In this document: positions 17,584-24,245 of the stretch, one piece after another
How positions within the stretch are numbered: the stretch's first letter is position 1
How the letters are laid out: each line of letters starts with the position of its first letter
Assembly: GCA_031316235.1 (NCBI GenBank)
Contig: JALDRA010000002.1
Location: 74,066 to 106,065 of the forward strand
Direction of reading: 5' to 3'
DNA length: 32,000 bases
Source: Candidatus Scalindua sp.
Lineage (GTDB): Bacteria; Planctomycetota; Brocadiia; Brocadiales; Scalinduaceae
Position numbers and translations under genes: made by a program
The notes under the pieces: generated by a model
Told to the model about the DNA's origin: nothing
What the model saw: the letters and a program-made list of their open reading frames with translations, nothing else
Database searches by the model: none

Positions 17584-18225
17584 TCACGGTGTTACCATCA
17601 CTGATACCGTGGCCTCATTTGAAGTAGAACCAAAATTGTCACGGACCGTATACCTGAAAGTATCGACACCTGAGTACCCTGATTGAGGAGTGTACGTTAT
17701 CGTACCGTCCCAATTATTTACTAACATACCGTTGGCCGCAAAGCTCAGGATAACTACCGTAAAAGGATCAACATTGCCGTCGTGATCTATGTCATTGGCA
17801 ATAACATTAATGCTGACGGGAGTATCCCCATTTATTGCTATAGAATCGTCAACTGCAATCGGTGGTTGATTCCCAATGATATCGTTTGTATATTGCACCT
17901 CATTAGAGTAAGCACTTTCCCTACTGTAAAAATCATACGCAGTGACAGCAAGGTAATATGTCTCACCAATTGCAAGATCATCAAGCGGGAAACATGTCTG
18001 GGTAAAAACATCTATACCCGTTTCATAATTCCTGCTTGCTTTTCCATAATATACCTTGTAACCGGCAAGGTTCTGAGGAGGTGGAGAGTCCCAGACTAAT
18101 GTTCCTCCAGCTGACAAAATATCAGAATTGCAAAGAGAAATAATTGTTATTAAGAGTATGATATAACAAAAAAACTTTGTTCTCTTAATTGGTAATACAT
18201 CTTTGGTAAGCATTCGCAGGATCAA
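17584..18225 (-). CDS. secreted FN3-like plus cadherin-like domain protein
   Basis: FN3 module WDSPPPQNLAGYKVYYGKASRNYE...YYLAVTAYDFYSRESAYSNEV, then NQPPIAVDDSIAINGDTPVSINVIANDIDHDGN...YTPQSGYSGVDTFRYTVRD. The track start is a TTG, and the ATG at 18213 (MLTKD...) is more likely. Confidence 0.85.
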   Translation of the reverse strand: MILRMLTKDVLPIKRTKFFCYIILLITIISLCNSDILSAGGTLVWDSPPPQNLAGYKVYYGKASRNYETGIDVFTQTCFPLDDLAIGETYYLAVTAYDFYSRESAYSNEVQYTNDIIGNQPPIAVDDSIAINGDTPVSINVIANDIDHDGNVDPFTVVILSFAANGMLVNNWDGTITYTPQSGYSGVDTFRYTVRDNFGSTSNEATVSVMVTP

Positions 18226-18253
18226 AATTCACCGTTACAGATTAAAATCAATG

Positions 18254-18293
18254 CAAAAAAGGATGCAGAGCCCTTATAATGCCCTGCATCCTT
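18254..18293 (-). terminator. rho-independent terminator of the PEP-CTERM gene
   Basis: On the minus strand: aaggatgcag, 15-nt loop, ctgcatcctt, followed by tttt. Located 49 nt after the stop. Confidence 0.75.
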
Positions 18294-18307
18294 CCTAAAC
18301 TACTACT

Positions 18308-18360
18308 TACTATCAGCTATCAGCTATGAGCTATGAGCTATTCAGCTACCAGCTATTGAA
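18308..18360 (+). repeat. short heptamer array overlapping the 3' end of the PEP-CTERM gene
   Basis: ctatcagc, tatcagc, tatgagc, tatgagc, tattcagc, taccagc. The last codons of the gene (..SSIAGS*) and its stop are read from this array on the opposite strand. Confidence 0.8.
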
Positions 18361-18989
18361 CTAACGTTTTTATTCATCTTTTTCTTTCTCACAACACCCA
18401 TACCGACTAAACCTGTCAAACCCATTCCGAGAAGTACCAGTGTGGTTGGTTCAGGGACAGGGGGAGTACCGTTCGGGTCAGTGCCGGTGCCGGGATCGGT
18501 GCCGTCTTCCCAATTGAGGCTAAAAATTGACCTGCTCAGCTTAAGATATCCGTCTCCGAGATTTCCATTGGCAGTAATAGATACTGCAAGGGGTGAACCC
18601 GCAGTCCAAGGGTTAAAAATAGAAGGGCTAAGGCTGAAATTAGAAATTGAAGGATTCGAGCTGAAACCAAAACGACTAAAGCTAAAGCCACCACCAGCAT
18701 TTAAGTTCCCCACTGAGCGACCAGAAACTGAAACGATATCATTATAACCATCAACATAATAACCTTCAATACTAAGCGTTGCGCTGTTTACTATATCATA
18801 CGGAACTTCAAAATTCCCAGGGGTTGCATGGGCATAGTTAAAAGTATCGCCATATATCCATTTAGCAATGGGGCCCTCACCAATTTTTATTCCCAAACTT
18901 TGAGTATCAGTAAAAGTTAAAGCACTAACGTTCCTCGCCATTCCAAAAACTAACATCATTACACATAAAAAAAGTAAAGATTTTTTCAT
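18342..18989 (-). CDS. PEP-CTERM sorting-domain protein (putative exosortase substrate)
   Basis: Signal peptide MKKSLLFLCVMMLVFGMARNVSA. C-terminus VPEPTTLVLLGMGLTGLVGMGVVRKKK has the PEP motif, a TM helix and a basic cluster. RBS AAAGGA lies 7 nt upstream. Confidence 0.9.
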   Translation of the reverse strand: MKKSLLFLCVMMLVFGMARNVSALTFTDTQSLGIKIGEGPIAKWIYGDTFNYAHATPGNFEVPYDIVNSATLSIEGYYVDGYNDIVSVSGRSVGNLNAGGGFSFSRFGFSSNPSISNFSLSPSIFNPWTAGSPLAVSITANGNLGDGYLKLSRSIFSLNWEDGTDPGTGTDPNGTPPVPEPTTLVLLGMGLTGLVGMGVVRKKKMNKNVSSIAGS

Positions 18990-19107
18990 TTGTTATCCTT
19001 TCTGTTAAAAATTAATAAAATAAAAGCCGTTTGTTTTTCAGTTAATGTGACATGCAAACTTTCTCGCATTTAATTAACCTTGTTAAGCATCTTCGCTCAT
19101 ATACTCT

Positions 19108-19123
19108 AGCAATGCACATGCCA
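19108..19123 (-). promoter_or_regulatory. sigma-54 (-24/-12) promoter of the PEP-CTERM gene
   Basis: The minus strand reads TGGCATgtgcaTTGCT. GG and GC are separated by 10 nt as in the TGGCAC-N5-TTGCW consensus. About 120 nt upstream of the ATG at 18989. Confidence 0.75.
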
Positions 19124-19187
19124 TATCACATAACTCATTGTTTTCATGATGGATAGCGTAAGAAATCATAAAGAGAAAATTTCTAAA

Positions 19188-19205
19188 TGTAAAAATCTCT
19201 GACAC
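19188..19205. promoter_or_regulatory. upstream box 1 (TGT-N11-ACA type), candidate enhancer-binding site
   Basis: tgtaaaaatctctgacac, one of three related 18-mers upstream of the sigma-54 promoter. Confidence 0.5.
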
Positions 19206-19320
19206 CAAAACAGCCTTTTTCATAAAGTTTTTTGATAAGATTTTCCCAGGGAGTGCCGTAAGTGTCTATTTTGGCAAGAGTAAGATAAACAGCGTGACAA
19301 ATATGGTATCAAAATAATAG

Positions 19321-19338
19321 TGTAAAATATTCTGACAC
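19321..19338. promoter_or_regulatory. upstream box 2
   Basis: tgtaaaatattctgacac. Confidence 0.5.
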
Positions 19339-19443
19339 ATACTTAAGGGAATTGGGGAGAATTACAGATAAATGACATGCGTGCTTATTGCTAAGTATAT
19401 ACTATAAAGTAGCTTGCGTTATCTTATTATCTCCAGTAGAATA

Positions 19444-19461
19444 TGTAAAATTTCCTGACTT
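19444..19461. promoter_or_regulatory. upstream box 3 (degenerate right half)
   Basis: tgtaaaatttcctgactt. Confidence 0.4.
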
Positions 19462-19462
19462 C

Positions 19463-19535
19463 AGGAGTTTAGGAGTTCAAGGTAGAACGGTTCACGGTTG
19501 CTGGAAGATGAAGCTGATAGCTGATAGTTCAAAGG
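19463..19535 (+). repeat. reverse-type heptamer arm
   Basis: aggagttcaaggtagaacggttcacggttgctggaagatgaagctgatagctgatagttcaaagg, the complement of the gaacc / catcagc unit types. Confidence 0.75.
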
Positions 19536-19684
19536 ATAACGGATAAAGATTTATAGGATTTGATTACTTCTTTAACCTCGAGCTGTGAAGCTAAAGCCCG
19601 TAGGCTCTGTTCAACCGAACGCGGTTAGTTGTGTTAGCTTCATTATTTTGGCCGGTGTGGGTTTATGCCCCTGTAGTTTTTTTC

Positions 19685-19740
19685 AATTCTTCAACCCGTG
19701 AACTGTAAACATGGAACCAATCAGCCTGGCTGACCCAAAG
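19685..19740 (+). repeat. forward-type heptamer arm closing the 19463-19740 unit
   Basis: aattcttcaacccgtgaactgtaaacatggaaccaatcagcc. Confidence 0.65.
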
Positions 19741-20111
19741 ATCATGATAATGGTTGCATACTCAAGAGAGGGGAAACTTCATTACCATCATCCAAATCAT
19801 CGCTTCATTTCCGTTTCGTATTACGTGCATATTTCGTTTATCATTCCTGGTATTTGAAATTTGAAACCAGAGTCCCGGACATTTACCCTGTCTTCCAGTA
19901 TCGAACTTCAAGCCTTTGAGTCTTTGCGTGATTATACTTTCGAATATTATGCATTTACTGTAGTTGATTATCATTTTCCAAAGATCTCTCTGGTACCTGT
20001 TTTCAATATCAGCAATTCTCTTTATTGCACAACACCTCTCTTTTTTGATCTTCAGAACTCTATATATTCTCAGTAGCGTCCGGTTAGAAATTTGCACGTA
20101 CGGCTTTAGTC

Positions 20112-20185
20112 ATACCCGAGTGCTTTCATCGGGTATCCAGAGGTTTGTGGATCCTGGATTCCCGCTAAAAACATGCGGGAATGAC
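20112..20185. repeat. double-hairpin palindromic element
   Basis: atacccga/tcgggtat (20112-20136), tccag/ctgga (20136-20158) and attcccgc/gcgggaat (20158-20182). The outer halves gtcatacccga...gcgggaatgac are themselves inverted. Confidence 0.6.
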
Positions 20186-20225
20186 ATCTTTTGAACAATA
20201 AATATATCAAGCAAAAACCTAACCG

Positions 20226-20330
20226 GACAACGCTGATATATTCTCCCTTTTCCTGGCAAAATACTTCTATAACTTTTTCATCCGGGGTTGCCAACCAATA
20301 TTTCCACACACCTGATCCCTTTATTCCACA
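20226..20330 (-). pseudogene. possible C-terminal remnant of a Uma2-family (DUF820) endonuclease
   Basis: Reads ..GSGVWKYWLATPDEKVIEVFCQEKGEYISV, resembling the GV.EYW.VDP..k.vevy....g.Y end of Uma2 proteins. A stop lies just upstream and no N-terminal part is present. Confidence 0.3.
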
Positions 20331-20469
20331 TTAAGAATCCAGGATTACGAGACACACTTTGATGCTCTATTGAAAAAACAACAACTTGCTCCTTTTATAT
20401 AAACATGATTTTCCTGTATAATGCTTCAGGCAGGCAGAAGTTTGAAAATGGCACAGAACATGCATAATA

Positions 20470-20600
20470 TATTAAAACCGATTTAGTTTTTTCTAAAAAC
20501 CAACGCCTGGTTGCTGGTATCCCCGGACAAAAAACGCCGAGGACTTGTACTCGCTCCGTTTTTTCCCGGATTTTATCCGAAAACCATTATAAGATGGGTA
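20470..20600 (-). mobile_element. MITE-A copy (131 bp)
   Basis: tattaaaaccgatttagttttttctaaaaaccaacgcctggttgctggtatccccggacaaaaaacgccgaggac...ccgaaaaccattataagatgggta, flanked by TA/TA. Confidence 0.8.
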
Positions 20601-20744
20601 TACATCAAAAAAAAGTTTCTCGCAAAGCCGCAGGGTTCGCCAGGAAAAATGACAGAAAATGAAATAGGCAAGGTTGTGGTTGATGAGTCTATTGTTTTAG
20701 AGGAAAGTTTTTATGCTTTGCGTTCTTCGCGTCTTGGCGTGATA
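20601..20744 (+). pseudogene. GxxExxY-family gene remnant (5' flank, first ~19 codons and 3' flank)
   Basis: tacatcaaaaaaaagtttctcgcaaagccgcagggttcgccaggaaaaATGacagaaaatgaaataggcaaggttgtggttgatgag (MTENEIGKVVVDESIVL) is joined directly to ttttatgctttgcgttcttcgcgtcttggcgtga. Confidence 0.65.
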
Positions 20745-20824
20745 TACTAAAAGCAAAGTCTGGTTGCTGGTACACTCATTCAGTTTTTCTCGGATTTTGT
20801 CCGAAAACCATTATAAGATGTGTA
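20745..20824 (-). mobile_element. MITE-A copy (80-bp internally deleted variant)
   Basis: tactaaaagcaaagtctggttgctggtacactcattcagtttttctcggattttgtccgaaaaccattataagatgtgta. Near-identical copies lie at 21660-21739 and 26009-26088. Confidence 0.75.
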
Positions 20825-20856
20825 TATTTAAGATCCTGCGTAAAAAAAAACAGGTA

Positions 20857-20965
20857 TACTAAAACCGATTTGGTTGTCGGTTTTACCGGAAACAAAATCT
20901 TGGTTAATGGTATGCTCGCTCAATTTTATCTCGGATTTTATCCGAAAACCCTTATGAGATGAGTA
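20857..20965 (-). mobile_element. MITE-A copy (109-bp variant)
   Basis: tactaaaaccgatttggttgtcggttttaccggaaacaaaatcttggttaatggtatgctcgctc...gagatgagta, flanked by TA/TA. Confidence 0.8.
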
Positions 20966-20967
20966 TA

Positions 20968-21163
20968 AAACTCACAATGACATGATTTGTATCGATATAC
21001 CGATTGGGAACTCTCCCTGTAATCAATACGTTTGGGGCGAAACTCAATTGCTGGTGCAGGCAGAGTGGTAAATCAGAGACGTCCCTTCAAACTCTATAGC
21101 AGCCGGTAACACAGACCGTTTTATCAGAAAAATTTAAAAACATTCATACGCAGATTGCACAGA
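20968..21163 (+). repeat. conserved non-coding leader of the four-helix-bundle cassette (copy 2 of 3)
   Basis: By eye about 7 mismatches in about 200 nt versus 26231-26426. Confidence 0.85.
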
Positions 21164-21202
21164 GCTCATGGTTGATAGCTCATAGTTCATAGCTGATGGT
21201 TA
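21164..21202 (+). repeat. reverse-type heptamer arm (left arm of the cassette stem)
   Basis: gctcatggttgatagctcatagttcatagctgatggtta, ending one base before the ATG. Confidence 0.9.
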
Positions 21203-21595
21203 ATGATGGAGAAAATGTGTGAAACAAAGTTTAGTTTTGAAGATTTAGATGTCTGGCAAAAATCTATAGATTTTGCAGTGAGTGTTATTGGCATTGCAGA
21301 TACAATGAATTCTGATCGCAATCATTATAGATTGATAGAACAATTAGAATCATCCGCAACATCAATTTCAGCAAATATAGCTGAAGGGAAAGGACGTAAT
21401 TCCAAAAAAGAATTCATCCAATATCTATATATTGCACGTGGCGCACTATTTGAAACAATTACTTTTTTAACTATATTTTACAAAAAGAATTGGATATCCA
21501 ATTCAAAGCTTAATGATTTACGAATAGTAGGAGATACAATAGGTAAACAACTTTCAAGTCTCATAAATTCAATAAAGAAAACAATTACGAAATAA
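21203..21595 (+). CDS. four-helix-bundle protein (23S rRNA intervening-sequence protein / Avd family), intact copy
   Basis: 130 aa. FEDLDVWQKSIDFAVSV...HYRLIEQLESSATSISANIAEGKGRNSKKEFIQYLYIARGALFET is the characteristic pattern of this family. Confidence 0.88.
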   Translation: MMEKMCETKFSFEDLDVWQKSIDFAVSVIGIADTMNSDRNHYRLIEQLESSATSISANIAEGKGRNSKKEFIQYLYIARGALFETITFLTIFYKKNWISNSKLNDLRIVGDTIGKQLSSLINSIKKTITK

Positions 21596-21649
21596 CCATA
21601 AGCCATGAGCTATGAGCCATCAGCCATCAGCCATCAGCCATCAGCTATG
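21596..21649 (+). repeat. forward heptamer array (right arm of the cassette stem)
   Basis: ccataagccatgagctatgagccatcagccatcagccatcagccatcagctatg. Together with the TAA stop it is complementary to 21164-21202. Confidence 0.9.
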
Positions 21650-21659
21650 TGGCGTGATA

Positions 21660-21739
21660 TACTAAAAGCAAAGTCTGGTTGCTGGTACACTCATTCAGTT
21701 TTTCTCGGATTTTATCCGAAAACCATTATGAGATGAGTA
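21660..21739 (-). mobile_element. MITE-A copy (80-bp variant) 31 nt upstream of prsK
   Basis: tactaaaagcaaagtctggttgctggtacactcattcag...ccgaaaaccattatgagatgagta, flanked by TA/TA. Confidence 0.8.
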
Positions 21740-21769
21740 TATATTAACCGGACACTACTGTATATAAAG

Positions 21770-23935
21770 GTGACGAAAAATGAACATTTTATTGAAACCG
21801 ATATGCTTATCAGATTAATTTCAACAATCCCCATCATCAATGCGTGCTTGTGTCTTGGGCTAGGCGTGTTTACGCTCTCACGAAATCCGAAACGTACATC
21901 GAATATCGGATTCTTCCTGGGAATGCTCAGCCTTGCCATCCTCAACGCAGGAGATGCTACCCTGCTTTTGGGCGGGAACTCATACAGGATGGCTTTTAAT
22001 GGTATGAGACTCTCAATTGTGGGACAGTCTCTTTTACCTCCATCTCTCCTTCTTTTCTCAGTTGTATTTGCACGGAAAGAGCACAGGGCCGCTCTCATCC
22101 GCTGGCTGCCCCTCCTCGTGATAACGGCAGCAGCCTCGTTTGTATTTATATACTTTCTTATAACAAACGTGTTTGTTACCATTTCTCTTTTTAACCTGGC
22201 CGGAGACAAGGGCAGCTCTTTATACCTGGATGATACGCGGCTCATATTCGGCCCCATTGGTTACTACTTTTATATCTATTTTATTATTGGAACACTTTTA
22301 TGCCTCACAAACCTGGAAAGCACCTTCCGTTCGTCAAAAGGGATAAACCGTTTTCAGATAAAGTATGTTATTTTCTGCTTAGGGGGCATTCTCTTCTTTT
22401 TTATCTATCTTGCAAGCCAGATCTTACTCTTTTCAAATATAAGTATTCAGTTGATCCCTGCAAAATCACTAGTAACATTGATTTGTACCGTAATTATGAC
22501 ATTTTCAATTGTAAAACAGAGACTTTTAGATGTTGACATTTTTGTCTCCAGATATGTCGTATACAATTCAGTTGCTATTATCGGGACATGCACGTATCTT
22601 CTGGTGTTAGGAGTTGCTGTTGAGGCAATAAAGTTTTACCACCTCCCCTTTCATTATTTTATTAAAATACTCCTGATCTTTGTCTCGCTGTTTATTCTTG
22701 TTATTCTCCTCTTTGTCTCAGGACTTAGAAGAAAAATCCAGCTTTTTATTAACCGACATTTTTACAAGCACAAGTATGAGTTTCGAGATACATGGATGGA
22801 GACAATCGTAAGGATAAGTTCAAGAAACTCGATTGATGATATCTGTAACACCTTATTAGAAATGATTTCTCAACTGATGGGCGCTCAAAATGTAACTGTA
22901 TGGCTCTATAATTCAGCCAAACAGAAGTATACTGTTTTTCTGATGAATGACAAAAACGAAAAAAATAGTATTGGAGAAGGGCATGCCCTCATTGGAATCA
23001 TGAGAGAAAAGGGAGCCCCCTTTATCGTAAATGAACACTACGGCCGGCTATCTGGCAAACCAGATGGTGTAAAAGAAATTGAGGCAGTTATGAACTCAAC
23101 GAAAGCAGTGTTATGTTCACCAATGGAAGCAGCAGGTGAGCTTGTCGGCTTTATTCTCCAGGGAGAAGATATAGGAGGAGAATCCTACAGGGTTGATGAT
23201 TTTGAATTACTAAAGGCGCTCTCAACCCAGGCTGCTGTTCAGATAAAGAATATCCGTCTGGCTCAAGAACTCTCTACCGCAAAAGAGGTGGAGATGTTTC
23301 ATTGGTTGTCGTCCTTCGTGATGCATGACCTGAAAAATCTGACCAATTCACTATCTCTTATCACCCAGAATGCCCGGCATAACCTCGGCAATATCGAGTT
23401 CCAGAAAGATTCGGTCAAGACAATTGAATCCACCGTTAACAGGATGCAGGGATTAATTGATAGACTCTCTTCCTTACCCCGGGGGATAGAGCTGAAACGC
23501 GAATCAGTGGATCTGAAAACCATAGTCGAACATGTTCTTCAACAAGTAAAGCGTGACAAGAGAAAAAACATTTCCCTTGAAACAGAAATAGATAAAACCC
23601 CAATTGCCAGTATTGATCCTCACGCAATTGAAATGGTAATGATGAATCTTATTAATAACGCCTGTGATGCCATTGAAAGTGAAGGAAAGGTAGAATGCGG
23701 AATATGGGAAGAGAACAACGTTATCAAGGTGTCAGTGACCGATAATGGAAAGGGGATTTCCGATGCATTTATTGATACTTTTTTATTTAAACCTTTTAAA
23801 TCATCCAAAAAAGGTGGATTTGGAGTAGGACTTTTTCAATGTAAAGCCATTGTAGAGGCTCACAACGGAAGGATAGAGGTTAAAAGTAAGGAAGGGGTGG
23901 GCACAACTTTTACCATCAGTTTGCCTCATGGTTAG
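21770..23935 (+). CDS. prsK: PEP-CTERM-system sensor histidine kinase (PrsK type)
   Basis: N-terminal half with at least 8 hydrophobic segments and a central GAF-like region. H-box SFVMHDLKNLTNSL, N-box MNLINNACDA, G1 DNGKGI, G2 GGFGVGL. Immediately upstream of prsR. The start is a GTG at 21770 or the ATG at 21803. Confidence 0.85.
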   Translation: MTKNEHFIETDMLIRLISTIPIINACLCLGLGVFTLSRNPKRTSNIGFFLGMLSLAILNAGDATLLLGGNSYRMAFNGMRLSIVGQSLLPPSLLLFSVVFARKEHRAALIRWLPLLVITAAASFVFIYFLITNVFVTISLFNLAGDKGSSLYLDDTRLIFGPIGYYFYIYFIIGTLLCLTNLESTFRSSKGINRFQIKYVIFCLGGILFFFIYLASQILLFSNISIQLIPAKSLVTLICTVIMTFSIVKQRLLDVDIFVSRYVVYNSVAIIGTCTYLLVLGVAVEAIKFYHLPFHYFIKILLIFVSLFILVILLFVSGLRRKIQLFINRHFYKHKYEFRDTWMETIVRISSRNSIDDICNTLLEMISQLMGAQNVTVWLYNSAKQKYTVFLMNDKNEKNSIGEGHALIGIMREKGAPFIVNEHYGRLSGKPDGVKEIEAVMNSTKAVLCSPMEAAGELVGFILQGEDIGGESYRVDDFELLKALSTQAAVQIKNIRLAQELSTAKEVEMFHWLSSFVMHDLKNLTNSLSLITQNARHNLGNIEFQKDSVKTIESTVNRMQGLIDRLSSLPRGIELKRESVDLKTIVEHVLQQVKRDKRKNISLETEIDKTPIASIDPHAIEMVMMNLINNACDAIESEGKVECGIWEENNVIKVSVTDNGKGISDAFIDTFLFKPFKSSKKGGFGVGLFQCKAIVEAHNGRIEVKSKEGVGTTFTISLPHG

Positions 23936-24029
23936 ACGAAAAGATAAGCATCAGTAACTTTTTGTTACCATGGATCATTTATATACCCCGCAAGCCGCAA
24001 AGCTATTTAGAAAGTTATACGAAATTTGT

Positions 24030-24096
24030 CATTATCGTTTTTTTTACTTTTCCTTTGCGATCCCTGCGGCTTTGCGAGAAACTATTTTTTGATGTA
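24030..24096 (-). pseudogene. GxxExxY cassette 5'-flank remnant
   Basis: The reverse complement reads tacatcaaaaaatagtttctcgcaaagccgcagggatcgcaaaggaaaag... A solo MITE-A end follows at 24097-24122. Confidence 0.5.
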
Positions 24097-24186
24097 TACT
24101 CATCAGATAATGGCTTTCGGATATCAACGATAGACAGACCGGATCTGCCGAAGTATTTACGCCTTCGTTAAGGCACATTAATTAAT

Positions 24187-24232
24187 TAGTGCGCAAACGA
24201 AAACCTAGTGTTTGAACGAAAACTACCCATTT
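24187..24232. repeat. P-family element remnant forming the prsR 5' leader
   Basis: tagtgcgcaaacgaaaacctagtgtttgaacgaaaactacccatt matches terminal parts of the P element. It ends 13 nt before the prsR ATG, just ahead of the RBS aggagagg. Confidence 0.5.
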
Positions 24233-24245
24233 TATAGGAGAGGTA

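Noticed and set aside
20112-20185. tRNA or tRNA-like gene suggested by three adjacent hairpins
   Set aside because: Stem and loop sizes (8-bp stems with 9-nt loops, and a 13-nt middle loop) do not fit a cloverleaf. There is no acceptor stem and no T-loop consensus.
19762-20309. ORFs 19762-20097(-), 19861-20076(+), 19964-20194(+) and 20106-20309(-) as real genes, with 19762-20097 considered as a possible reverse-transcriptase fragment
   Set aside because: They mutually overlap in a repeat-rich spacer. I could not match RT motifs. Only a short Uma2-like C-terminal remnant is arguable, and it is listed as a low-confidence pseudogene.
20968-21163. Cassette leader as a duplicated 3' end of rsfS (both contain ...gagtggtaaa and later cattc.ttcgcagatt)
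   Set aside because: The similarity is limited to two short motifs at different spacing (about 50 versus about 95 nt). It is more likely the shared ttcgcagatt-type cassette flank than true homology of the coding end.
12080-21595. Diversity-generating retroelement hypothesis: Avd-family four-helix-bundle genes next to a hyper-repetitive surface protein
   Set aside because: No reverse-transcriptase-like ORF exists in any frame of the window. Differences between near-identical repeat units (for example 14261-14470 versus 14500-14710) include C/T, T/G, A/G and A/T changes rather than adenine-specific substitutions. No template/variable repeat pair adjoins the Avd-like genes.
21712-22257. 181-aa minus-strand ORF overlapping the start of prsK
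   Set aside because: It overlaps the multi-TM N-terminus of prsK, begins inside it and ends in a MITE, and has no recognisable motifs.
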